From: Tagaea sp.
Lineage (GTDB): Bacteria; Pseudomonadota; Alphaproteobacteria; CACIAM-22H2
NCBI GenBank assembly: GCA_044356395.1
Contig: JBIKWI010000002.1
Location: 1,357-65,356, forward strand
DNA length: 64,000 nucleotides
Direction: 5' to 3'
The translations under genes were made by a program, and so were the position numbers. The notes under the pieces are model-generated. The model was not told the DNA's origin. It searched no databases and was given only the letters and a program-made list of their open reading frames with translations. This document shows, piece by piece, positions 18,853-26,885 of this stretch. Numbering within the stretch: the first letter of the stretch is position 1; each line of letters begins with the position of its first letter.

Positions 18853-19472
18853 ATCGATGTCTCCCAATCTTTGAGCCAGATCTCGAAGACTTCGAAGGTT
18901 TCCGTCGCGGCACCGACCATGGCGGCACGATCGGCTGGTTTCTCTCCCGCCGCTGCAAGACGCGTCAGAAAGTTCGCCCAGACACGACCGGTTTCGGCGC
19001 CACGGCCGGCGAAGAAACGGCGGCCGTCGAGCGTTGCTGCACCGAGCAAATGGTCGAGACTGCGGCACAGTTGGCGGCCGCCCAATGCCGATCCCTCGGC
19101 CATATACAAAGCCCCTAGCCGACGTGCGAGGCTGCCGAGGCAAGGGATATCCGCGCAGCGGCGGATCTGGTCCAGTGCCGCCGTATCGACGCCCAGCCAA
19201 CCGAGATCCTGCCCGAGCCATTGCGTGCGGGTGCAGTCTTCGCCGAGCGCCCGTTCGAAGGGCTGGTAGAATCCGTAAAGACGCGCGAGCAGCGCGCGGT
19301 AGCTGGCAAGGCCGATCGTTCCGTCCTTAACGGCCGCAAAGCCAGAATGCAGATGCAGTCGTTCGTGGTGTAATTGCGTTGCGGCGCGCACTTCGTCGCG
19401 ACACGCAATTGGATCGATACGGTGGCTGTCCGCGACGAAAGCGACTTGGCTCAAGACGGCGGCACTCGACAA
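18849..19472 (-). CDS. bphO: heme oxygenase BphO (biliverdin-producing)
   Basis: 207 aa; heme-oxygenase-like helical protein (ATQLHHERLHLHSGFAAV...). TTG start; stop overlaps the bphP ATG (ATGA). Confidence 0.7.
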   Translation of the reverse strand: MSSAAVLSQVAFVADSHRIDPIACRDEVRAATQLHHERLHLHSGFAAVKDGTIGLASYRALLARLYGFYQPFERALGEDCTRTQWLGQDLGWLGVDTAALDQIRRCADIPCLGSLARRLGALYMAEGSALGGRQLCRSLDHLLGAATLDGRRFFAGRGAETGRVWANFLTRLAAAGEKPADRAAMVGAATETFEVFEIWLKDWETSI

Positions 19473-19933
19473 CCGGCTTCTGCGCTTTCAGTCATCGAGT
19501 ATGTCTTTCTTCTTTCTTGCATTAATCAAAAGTAGATTCACGATAGCAATTTTTTCCTGAAACCACGCGCGTGGCGGCGTTGCGGGATTGGCGAAATTTC
19601 GTTGGGCTAGCTAAGCTTTGAACCGGCAGACTTATTGCGTGGGATCGAGAATACCCCATCAATACTCGACACCAATTTGATGCAGTATATCGAGGTTCTG
19701 GCTCTCCAGTACGACAAATCGGTCAGTGATCGCCGGGACAAACTTGGAGAAGTGGCCTGCACTAGGTTCCGTAGACACACAGTTAAGCTATCTGTCTCTC
19801 GAAACAAATCTCCCAAAGGTTCAGTGGCGTGCTTGAATCGAACCTGTGACTTCCGGCCCTCCAGTTATCGATGCGCGGCGTCTGGAGCGCATCAACAAGA
19901 CATCTCCAACAACTTCAATTTTAAAAGTAAACC

Positions 19934-20009
19934 GGTCGGAGCGGAGGGATTCGAACTCTCGACATCCAGCTCCCAAAGCTGGCGCTCTACCAGGCTGAGC
20001 TACGCTCCG
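19934..20009 (-). tRNA. tRNA-Pro (anticodon TGG); 3'-terminal CC is encoded but the final A is not
   Basis: Reverse complement CGGAGCGTAGCTCAGCCTGGTAGAGCGCCAGCTTTGGGAGCTGGATGTCGAGAGTTCGAATCCCTCCGCTCCGACC has C1-G72, anticodon loop TTTGGGA and one A/C mismatch in the T stem. Confidence 0.8.
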
Positions 20010-20093
20010 GACCGGGCCTGCGAAGGCGCATGCACCTTCGCGCGATGTGATACACGAACCGGACCCTGTCCGGCAACCTGAAGGAATCCCCCC

Positions 20094-20756
20094 ATGTCGC
20101 GCGCGATGTTCGGTCTGCCTGCGGAGATCCGCACCTATATCCAGTCCGTGTCGCTGCGCGAGTCGCCGCTTCAGGAGCGACTGCGCGCGGAGACCGCAAA
20201 ACTGCCTATGGGCGGCATGCAGATCAGCCCCGAGCAGGGACAGTTAATGGCGCTTCTCGCCCGTCTGATCGACGCCCGTCTCTATGTCGAGGTCGGCACG
20301 TTCACGGGATACAGCGCGCTCAGCGTCGTCCAGGCGATGCCCGCGGACGGGCGCGCGATCTGCTGCGACGTCTCCGAGGAATGGACATCCGTCGCGCGGC
20401 GCTACTGGAAGGAAGCGGGAATTGCCGAACGCATCGATCTTCGTCTCGCACCCGCCGTCGGAACACTCGATGCCCTGCTTGCCGACGGCTACGAGGGCAA
20501 AGTCGATCTCGCCTTCGTCGATGCGGGCAAGACCGGCTATGCCGCCTATGTCGAGCGCATCGCCCGCCTGCTGCGGCCCAACGGGCTTCTGCTGATCGAC
20601 AACGTGCTGTGGGGCGGCAAGGTTGCCGACCCATCCGTCGCGAACGAGGATACGGTCGCCTTGCGCGAACTCAACCTGCGCCTGAAGGACGATCCGTGCT
20701 TCGACATCTCGATGCTGCCCGTCGGCGACGGGCTGACGCTGGCACGCAAACGCTAG
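20094..20756 (+). CDS. class I SAM-dependent O-methyltransferase (family 3, caffeoyl-CoA OMT-like)
   Basis: 220 aa; SAM-binding VEVGTFTGYSALS and the DLAFVDAGK motif. Confidence 0.8.
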   Translation: MSRAMFGLPAEIRTYIQSVSLRESPLQERLRAETAKLPMGGMQISPEQGQLMALLARLIDARLYVEVGTFTGYSALSVVQAMPADGRAICCDVSEEWTSVARRYWKEAGIAERIDLRLAPAVGTLDALLADGYEGKVDLAFVDAGKTGYAAYVERIARLLRPNGLLLIDNVLWGGKVADPSVANEDTVALRELNLRLKDDPCFDISMLPVGDGLTLARKR

Positions 20757-20757
20757 G

Positions 20758-21240
20758 TCAGCGGAACATCGCGTGGACGAGCCTGTCGCCTTTCTTCAAG
20801 CCCAGGCGCGCGACCGTTCCGCCGTTCAGTTCCAGCACCGCGCGCACGTTCTCTTCCGACGAAATGATGGCCTCGGACATCGGCACCGCGCGCTCGTGGA
20901 TGTGGCGCACGATCCCCTCCCGGTCGACGAACAGCATGTCGAGCGGGATGAGCGTGTTGCGCATCCACATCGCGACGGGCGAGTCGCGCTTGAAATCGAA
21001 CAGCATGCCCGCGTCGGCGGCCATCTGGCGCCGATGCATCAGGCCCAGCGTGCGCCGCTCGTCGTTGTCCGCGAACTCGACCGTGAAACGGTGCCGCTTC
21101 CCCCCGCTCTCGATCGTCAGCTCCGACTTTTCGAAGCGGACGTTCGGATTCTGCGCCGCCGCCGGCAAGCCGAACGCGAAGGCCAGTGTCAGCGCCATCA
21201 GGGTACGTCGTGTCGTCATCATCGGTACCTTTGCCTTCAT
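20758..21240 (-). CDS. DUF192-domain protein with signal peptide
   Basis: Signal peptide MKAKVPMMTTRRTLMALTLAFAFGLPAAA and a DUF192-like core (GLMHRRQMAADAGMLFDF...MWMRNTLIPLDMLFVD). Start ATG 21240 overlaps the AcuC stop. Confidence 0.6.
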   Translation of the reverse strand: MKAKVPMMTTRRTLMALTLAFAFGLPAAAQNPNVRFEKSELTIESGGKRHRFTVEFADNDERRTLGLMHRRQMAADAGMLFDFKRDSPVAMWMRNTLIPLDMLFVDREGIVRHIHERAVPMSEAIISSEENVRAVLELNGGTVARLGLKKGDRLVHAMFR

Positions 21241-22343
21241 GCCGCCCGGCGGACCATGTCGACGATCTCGGGGCGGACAGGGCCGCCCGCCGGCGCATCG
21301 CGCAACGTCGTGAACCACGCTTCCGGCCTGATTTGATCCTTTCGCCGGTGCCAGTGCAAGGCCCGGAGGATCGTCTCCGCCGGTGCCGGCAGACGCTCGG
21401 GAATCTCGAGGCCGTTCAACGTGGCCCACATGCCGCTCCACGCGCGCGCCACGCTCCAAGGATTGTAGCCCCCGCCGCCCGTCATCAGCATCGGCCGGTC
21501 GAGCGACATGAGGGCCGCGGCCGCGCGCCACAGCGCGTTGTTGGACAGCGCCAGGTTCGACAGCGGATCGTCGGCCAGCGCGTCCGCTCCGCCCTGCACG
21601 ACGAGCGCGCCCGGATCGAACGCCGCGACACACGGCAACACGACTTCGTCCATCAGCAAGGCGAATTCGTCGTCGTTCAGGCCTGCCGGAACCGGCAGGT
21701 TGACCAGCGTCGCCGGTGCCGCCGGATCGAAGACGCCTGTGTTCGGCCAGCGCCCGGCTTCGTGGATCGACACGACCAGCACGCGCGGATCGTCCGTAAA
21801 GGCCGCCTCGACCCCGTCGCAGTGATGCGCGTCGATGTCGACATAAGCGACGCGCGCGATGCCCCGGTCAAGCAGGCGCAGGATCGCCAGGACCGGATCG
21901 TTGAGATAGCAGAAGCCGCTCGCCGCCGCCTTCCGGCCGTGATGGGTTCCGCCGGCCGGCGAATAGACCGTCCGCACCTCGCCGCCTGCCAGCAGATCGG
22001 CCGCATGGAGCGACGCGCCGCACGCGGTCGCCGGCCTGCGGAAGATCTCGCCGAAGACCGGATTGCCGCCGCGCCCGATATTGAAGCGGACGGAAGACTC
22101 GGCATCGATCGCCTGCGCGGCTTCCGCCGCCTGCAGGGCCGCGACGTATTCCGGGTCGTGGAAGCGCGTCAGTTCGTCGGGCGTGGCGGTCGGACTGTCG
22201 ATGTAGACCGCGTCGGGAAGCCAACCGAGCGCCCGGCACAGGTCGATGCAGGTCGACACGCGCGGGATCGCCAGCGGATGGTTCGAGCCGTAGCGCGACC
22301 GACGGTATATGTCCGAGCCGATGAAGCGGGGGCGTGCCGGCAT
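21237..22343 (-). CDS. histone deacetylase-family protein (AcuC/acetoin-utilisation-like)
   Basis: 368 aa; HDAC-fold motifs (GGTHHGRKAAASGFCYLND, YVDIDAHHCDGVE, MLMTGGGGY). Confidence 0.75.
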   Translation of the reverse strand: MPARPRFIGSDIYRRSRYGSNHPLAIPRVSTCIDLCRALGWLPDAVYIDSPTATPDELTRFHDPEYVAALQAAEAAQAIDAESSVRFNIGRGGNPVFGEIFRRPATACGASLHAADLLAGGEVRTVYSPAGGTHHGRKAAASGFCYLNDPVLAILRLLDRGIARVAYVDIDAHHCDGVEAAFTDDPRVLVVSIHEAGRWPNTGVFDPAAPATLVNLPVPAGLNDDEFALLMDEVVLPCVAAFDPGALVVQGGADALADDPLSNLALSNNALWRAAAALMSLDRPMLMTGGGGYNPWSVARAWSGMWATLNGLEIPERLPAPAETILRALHWHRRKDQIRPEAWFTTLRDAPAGGPVRPEIVDMVRRAA

Positions 22344-22397
22344 GCGAAGGAGTTAGTGCCGCTTGCCATCTGCGTCAACGAGGCGCTATATCGGGAC

Positions 22398-22480
22398 GTT
22401 CGCACGGGGTGCCGGCAGTGTGCCGGCTGAGATCACACCCGAGAACCTGATCCGGTTCGTACCGGCGTAGGGATGCGCGC
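22398..22480 (+). promoter_or_regulatory. TPP (THI-box) riboswitch immediately upstream of the ABC importer start codon
   Basis: ACGGGGTGCC...GGCTGAGATCACACCC...GAACCTGATCCGGTTCGTACCGGCGTAGGGA matches the THI-element consensus (GGGGUGCC / CUGAGA / ACCC / CUGAUC...GCGUAGGGA). P1 pairs CGCA/TGCG; an AGGGA SD-like segment lies 7 nt before TTG 22481. Confidence 0.75.
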
Positions 22481-23239
22481 TTGACCTTCGACCGACCTCC
22501 TCCCGTTTTCGACGTCGATATCCGTGCCGCCGGCGTTGCGTACGACGGCGTCGCGCTGTTCGACGGGCTCGACCTGCACCTCGCGTCCGGGCGCATCGTC
22601 TGCCTTCTCGGACCTTCGGGCGTGGGTAAGAGCACGCTGCTGCGGCTCGTCGCAGGGCTTGCACCTGCCTCGCCGGGAACTCGGATCGTGGCCGGCGACG
22701 GACGGCCGCTCGACGGGCGCATCGCCTGGATGGCACAGCAGGACCTGCTCTGTCCGTGGCTCGATGTGCTGGAGAACGTGTCGCTCGGCAGCCGGCTGCG
22801 CGGCACGCCGCCAGACAGGGACCATGCCCTTGACCTGATCGGAAAGGTCGGGCTTGCCGACAAGATCCACGCGATGCCCACAACGCTGTCGGGCGGCCAG
22901 CGCCAGCGCGCGGCCCTCGCCCGTACGCTGATGGAGGACCGGCCGCTCGTGCTGATGGACGAGCCGTTCGCCGCCCTCGACACGATCACGCGCTGGCGAC
23001 TGCAGGAACTGGCCGCAACGCTGCTCGCCGGCCACACGGTTATGCTCGTCACGCACGATCCGCGCGAAGCACTGCGTCTGGGTCACGAGATCCGCGTGAT
23101 CTCCGGCCAGCCCGCGATGCTGGGGCCCGCCCTGCAGCCGCCCGGCCCCGTTCCGCGACCGGTGGACGCCCCCGATCTGCTGGCACTGGAGGCGAAGCTG
23201 ATCGGCGAGCTCGCCCGCGCCGCCGGTGCGTCCGCATGA
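22481..23239 (+). CDS. ABC transporter ATP-binding protein (NitT/TauT family; ThiZ-like)
   Basis: Walker A GPSGVGKST, signature LSGGQRQRA, Walker B LVLMDEPFAALD. TTG start directly follows the riboswitch. Confidence 0.8.
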   Translation: MTFDRPPPVFDVDIRAAGVAYDGVALFDGLDLHLASGRIVCLLGPSGVGKSTLLRLVAGLAPASPGTRIVAGDGRPLDGRIAWMAQQDLLCPWLDVLENVSLGSRLRGTPPDRDHALDLIGKVGLADKIHAMPTTLSGGQRQRAALARTLMEDRPLVLMDEPFAALDTITRWRLQELAATLLAGHTVMLVTHDPREALRLGHEIRVISGQPAMLGPALQPPGPVPRPVDAPDLLALEAKLIGELARAAGASA

Positions 23240-23991
23240 TGCGCGTCCTGCGCCCGCTCCTCGTCCTTGCCGGCGTGTGCATCGCATGGGAGCTCGTCGT
23301 GCGCGCGACCGGCGTGCCCCATTACATCCTGCCGGGGCCGATGCGTGTGGCGAACGCGCTTGCCAGCCAGTACGTATTCATTCTCGAAAATGCGGCGATC
23401 ACGCTGCTCGAAATGGTCCTCGGGCTGGTGCTGGGCGTGTCGTTCGGCATCTTCTGGGCGTTGCTGCTCGCCCAGTCGCGCGCTGCGCGGCGCTGGTTCC
23501 TGCCGCTCGTCCTGGCGAGCCAGGCGATCCCGGTCTTCGCGATCGCACCGCTTCTCGTCCTGTGGTTCGGCTTCGGCATCGCCTCGAAGGTGGCCGCCGC
23601 CGCCCTCATCATCTTCTTTCCCGTGACTTCGGCCTTCTACGACGGTCTGATGCGCGCCGACCGCGGGTGGCTCGATCTCGCGCACGTGATGGGCGCACGC
23701 CCGCTTGCGGTATTGCTGCGCCTGCGCGTGCCGGCGGCCCTGCCCGCCCTTGCTTCCGGCATTCGCGTGGCTGCCGCCGTCGCGCCCATCGGCGCCGTGA
23801 TCGGGGAATGGGTGGGCGCGTCCGCCGGCCTCGGCTTCCTGATGCTGCAGGCCAACGCGCAGATGCAGATCGACCTGCTGTTCGCCGGCCTCGTCGTCCT
23901 CGCCGTCTTCGCGATCGGCTTCTATGCCGTCATCGACCTTGCCTTGCGCCGTCTCGTGCCGTGGCAGCCCGTCACCGCCCGAACCGACTGA
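23236..23991 (+). CDS. ABC transporter permease (ThiX-like)
   Basis: 251-aa membrane protein overlapping the ATPase stop by 4 nt; BPD-transporter fold. Confidence 0.8.
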   Translation: MMRVLRPLLVLAGVCIAWELVVRATGVPHYILPGPMRVANALASQYVFILENAAITLLEMVLGLVLGVSFGIFWALLLAQSRAARRWFLPLVLASQAIPVFAIAPLLVLWFGFGIASKVAAAALIIFFPVTSAFYDGLMRADRGWLDLAHVMGARPLAVLLRLRVPAALPALASGIRVAAAVAPIGAVIGEWVGASAGLGFLMLQANAQMQIDLLFAGLVVLAVFAIGFYAVIDLALRRLVPWQPVTARTD

Positions 23992-24013
23992 ACTACCGGA
24001 AGGACCTTCAAAG

Positions 24014-24976
24014 ATGATTTCCCGACGCACCGCGATCGCCAGCGCCATCGCCGCACTCGCGGCCCCTGCCCTCGTCCGCACGGCGGCGGCGCAGGGCCAG
24101 CCCTTCACGCTGCTGCTCGACTGGTTCATCAACCCGAACCACGGGCCGATCCTGGCGGCACAGGAGCTCGGCTATTTCCGCGAGGCCGGGCTGGCGATTG
24201 CCATCGTGCCGCCGGCCGATCCGAACGACCCGCCGCGTCTCGTCGCGGCCGGTCGCGGCGACGTCGCGGTCAGCTATCCGCACACGCAGATCCGGCAGGC
24301 CGTCGACGACATCCCGACGATGCGCATCGGCGCGCTGATCGACACGCCTTTGTCGACCATCACGGTGCTGGCCGACGGGCCGATAAAGACGCTGGCGGAT
24401 TTCCGCGGCCGCAAGATCGGCTACTCCATTTCGGGCATCGAGGGGGCCCTGCTGCGCACCATGCTGGCCACGGCAGGCGTCGGGGCGAACGAGATCGAGC
24501 TGATCAACGTCAACTTCTCGCTGTCGCCGGCCCTGCTGAGCAAGCGCGTGGACGGCGTCATCGGCGCGTTCAGGAACTTCGAGCTGTTCCAGCTCGAGAT
24601 CGAGGGTTCGAAAGGTCGCGCCTTCTTCCTCGAGGAGCACGGCGTGCCGACCCACGACGCGCTCACCTTCACGGCGAACCGCGAGCGCGCCCGTGCGGGC
24701 GATCCGCGCCTACGCGCCTTCCTGGACGCGGTCGAGCGCGGCGCCCTCTATTGCACCAACAATCCCGATGCGGCATGGGGCCTGTTCATCAAGGGACGCG
24801 GACAGCTCGACAACGAGCTCAACCGCCGAGCCTGGCGGGCGAGCGTGCCGCGCTATGCGCACACGCCGGGCGCAGTCGACAAGGCACGCGAGCTGCGGTT
24901 CGCGAAATTCCTGCACGCCAACGGCATAATCCCGCACGTCCCGCCGATCGACAGCTTCGTCGCCCAGCTTGCCTGA
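24014..24976 (+). CDS. ABC substrate-binding protein, NMT1/THI5-like (ThiY-like, probable HMP/thiamine-precursor binding)
   Basis: Signal peptide MISRRTAIASAIAALAAPALVRTAAA and an NMT1/THI5-like fold (TLLLDWFINPNHGPILAAQELGYF). Confidence 0.75.
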   Translation: MISRRTAIASAIAALAAPALVRTAAAQGQPFTLLLDWFINPNHGPILAAQELGYFREAGLAIAIVPPADPNDPPRLVAAGRGDVAVSYPHTQIRQAVDDIPTMRIGALIDTPLSTITVLADGPIKTLADFRGRKIGYSISGIEGALLRTMLATAGVGANEIELINVNFSLSPALLSKRVDGVIGAFRNFELFQLEIEGSKGRAFFLEEHGVPTHDALTFTANRERARAGDPRLRAFLDAVERGALYCTNNPDAAWGLFIKGRGQLDNELNRRAWRASVPRYAHTPGAVDKARELRFAKFLHANGIIPHVPPIDSFVAQLA

Positions 24977-24979
24977 GGG

Positions 24980-26842
24980 CTACTTCGCGGCCTGCGGCGA
25001 TGCCGCGACCGCCTCGGCCTCGATGCGCGCCTGCGCCTCGCGCGTCTCGAGCTGCCGTCGCCACATCTGGGCATAGACGCCGTCGGCGGCGAGCAGGCCG
25101 GCATGCGTGCCGCGCTCGACGACGCTGCCCTTCTCGAGCACGACGATCTGGTCGGCATCGACGACCGTCGACAGCCGGTGCGCGATCGTCAGCGTCGTGA
25201 CGCCCACGGAAATCTGGCGCAGCGATTCCTGGATCGCCTTCTCGGTGCGCGTGTCGAGGGCACTGGTCGCCTCGTCAAACACCAGCAGCTTCGGACGCTT
25301 CAGGATCGTGCGCGCGATCGACACGCGCTGGCGCTCGCCGCCCGAAAGCTTCAGGCCGCGCTCGCCGACGCGCGTCTGGTAGCCGTCCGGCAGGGACAGC
25401 ACGAACTCGTGGATGCGCGCCAGACGCGCCGCCTCCTCCACCTCTTCCTTCGTCGCGGAGGGCCGGCCGTAGGCGATGTTGTAGTAGATCGTGTCGTTGA
25501 ACAGCACCGTATCCTGCGGGACGATGCCGATCGCCGCACGCACGGACGACTGCGTGACGTCGCGCAGGTCCTGCCCGTCGATCTTCACGGCGCCGCCGGT
25601 CACGTCGTAGAAACGGAACAGCAGGCGCGAGATCGTCGACTTGCCGGCGCCCGACGCGCCAACGATGGCGAGCGTCTTGCCGGGCGGCACATCGAGATCG
25701 ATGCCGTTGAGGATTGACCGGCGTTCGTCGTAGCCGAACGTCACGTTCTCGAACCGGACATGGGCGCCGGCGACCGCCAGCTCTGCGGCGTCCGGCTTGT
25801 CGACGACCTCGGCGTTCGCGTGCAGCAGCTTGAACATCGACTGCATGTCGATCAGCGCCTGGCGGATCTCGCGATAGACCATGCCGAGAAAGTTGAGCGG
25901 CAAATAGAGCTGGATCAGGTAGGCGTTGACCATCACGAAGCCGCCAACGGTCATTGCGCCCGCCGCCACGTCGAACGCGGCCAGCAGCATCACGAGCGTC
26001 AGGCCGATGGCGATGACGAAGCCTTGCCCGACATTGAGGATCGAGAGCGACGTCTTGGACAGCACCGCCGCGCGCTCGTAGGCCTCGAGCGAACGGTCGA
26101 AGCGGCGCGCCTCGTGGCCCTCGTTGCCGAAATACTTGACCGTCTCGTAGTTGAGCAGGCTGTCGACCGCCTTGGTCGACGCTTCGCCCTCGGCTTCCAG
26201 CATGGCGCGCCGGTAGCGGAGCCGCCACGCGGTGATCGCGAAAGTGTACGCTACGTAGAGCGCGATGGTGACGAACGTGACCGCCGCGAAGCGCCAGTCG
26301 TAGAGGTACCAGAGAATACCGCAGACGAGCGTGATCTCCAGGAATGTCGGCACCACCTGGAACAGCATGAAGTGCAGGAGGTTCTCGATACCCGCCGTCC
26401 CGCGCTCGATCGCGCGGTTGAGCCCGCCGGTCTGCCGGTCGAGATGGAAGCGCAGCGACAGGCGATGCAGGTGCTGGAAGGTTTCCAGGGCCACCTTGTG
26501 CATGGCCTGGTGCGCCACGCGGGCGAACACGATCTCGCGCAGCTCGCCGAAGGCCTGCGAGAGAATGCGCGCGCCGCCATAGGCGAGCACGATGCCGACC
26601 GGCACCACGACGGCAGCGCCGCCGGCGCTGGAAAGCGCGTCGACGGCGTGGCGGTAGAAAAACGGCACTATGATCGTGGCGAGTTTGGCGGCGACCAGCA
26701 GCAGCACGGCGGCCACGACGCGGACGCGGACTTCCGGCCGGTCCTTCGGCCAGAGATACGGGAGAAGCCGCGTGACGGTGCGGACTTCATGGTCGGCAAC
26801 GCCTGGGACGTGGAGTGGGTCGGCGGGATTCGCTCTGCGCAT
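24980..26842 (-). CDS. ABC transporter ATP-binding/permease fusion (Atm1/HMT1-like exporter)
   Basis: 620 aa; N-terminal 6-TM domain plus NBD (GASGAGKSTISRLLFRFYD, LSGGERQRVSIART, LVFDEATSALD). Confidence 0.8.
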   Translation of the reverse strand: MRRANPADPLHVPGVADHEVRTVTRLLPYLWPKDRPEVRVRVVAAVLLLVAAKLATIIVPFFYRHAVDALSSAGGAAVVVPVGIVLAYGGARILSQAFGELREIVFARVAHQAMHKVALETFQHLHRLSLRFHLDRQTGGLNRAIERGTAGIENLLHFMLFQVVPTFLEITLVCGILWYLYDWRFAAVTFVTIALYVAYTFAITAWRLRYRRAMLEAEGEASTKAVDSLLNYETVKYFGNEGHEARRFDRSLEAYERAAVLSKTSLSILNVGQGFVIAIGLTLVMLLAAFDVAAGAMTVGGFVMVNAYLIQLYLPLNFLGMVYREIRQALIDMQSMFKLLHANAEVVDKPDAAELAVAGAHVRFENVTFGYDERRSILNGIDLDVPPGKTLAIVGASGAGKSTISRLLFRFYDVTGGAVKIDGQDLRDVTQSSVRAAIGIVPQDTVLFNDTIYYNIAYGRPSATKEEVEEAARLARIHEFVLSLPDGYQTRVGERGLKLSGGERQRVSIARTILKRPKLLVFDEATSALDTRTEKAIQESLRQISVGVTTLTIAHRLSTVVDADQIVVLEKGSVVERGTHAGLLAADGVYAQMWRRQLETREAQARIEAEAVAASPQAAK

Positions 26843-26885
26843 CGGGGCAATCTAGGTGTGCGGGCGGGCCATTGCCAGCCCCTCG

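Noticed and set aside
18853-19221. N-terminal 123-aa extension of the longest bphP ORF
   Set aside because: It is Arg/Gly-rich and overlaps bphO in another frame. The conserved phytochrome N-terminus begins at the internal Met.
19800-19880. tRNA-like T-loop sequence GGTTCGATTC on the minus strand
   Set aside because: No complementary T-stem, acceptor stem or anticodon arm could be formed. At most it is a decayed remnant.
20010-20093. Stem-loop GCGAAGG-CGCATGCA-CCTTCGC between the tRNA-Pro 5' end and the O-methyltransferase start
   Set aside because: There is no U-tract on either strand. It is likely just local secondary structure or a promoter-proximal element, with insufficient evidence for a terminator or riboswitch.
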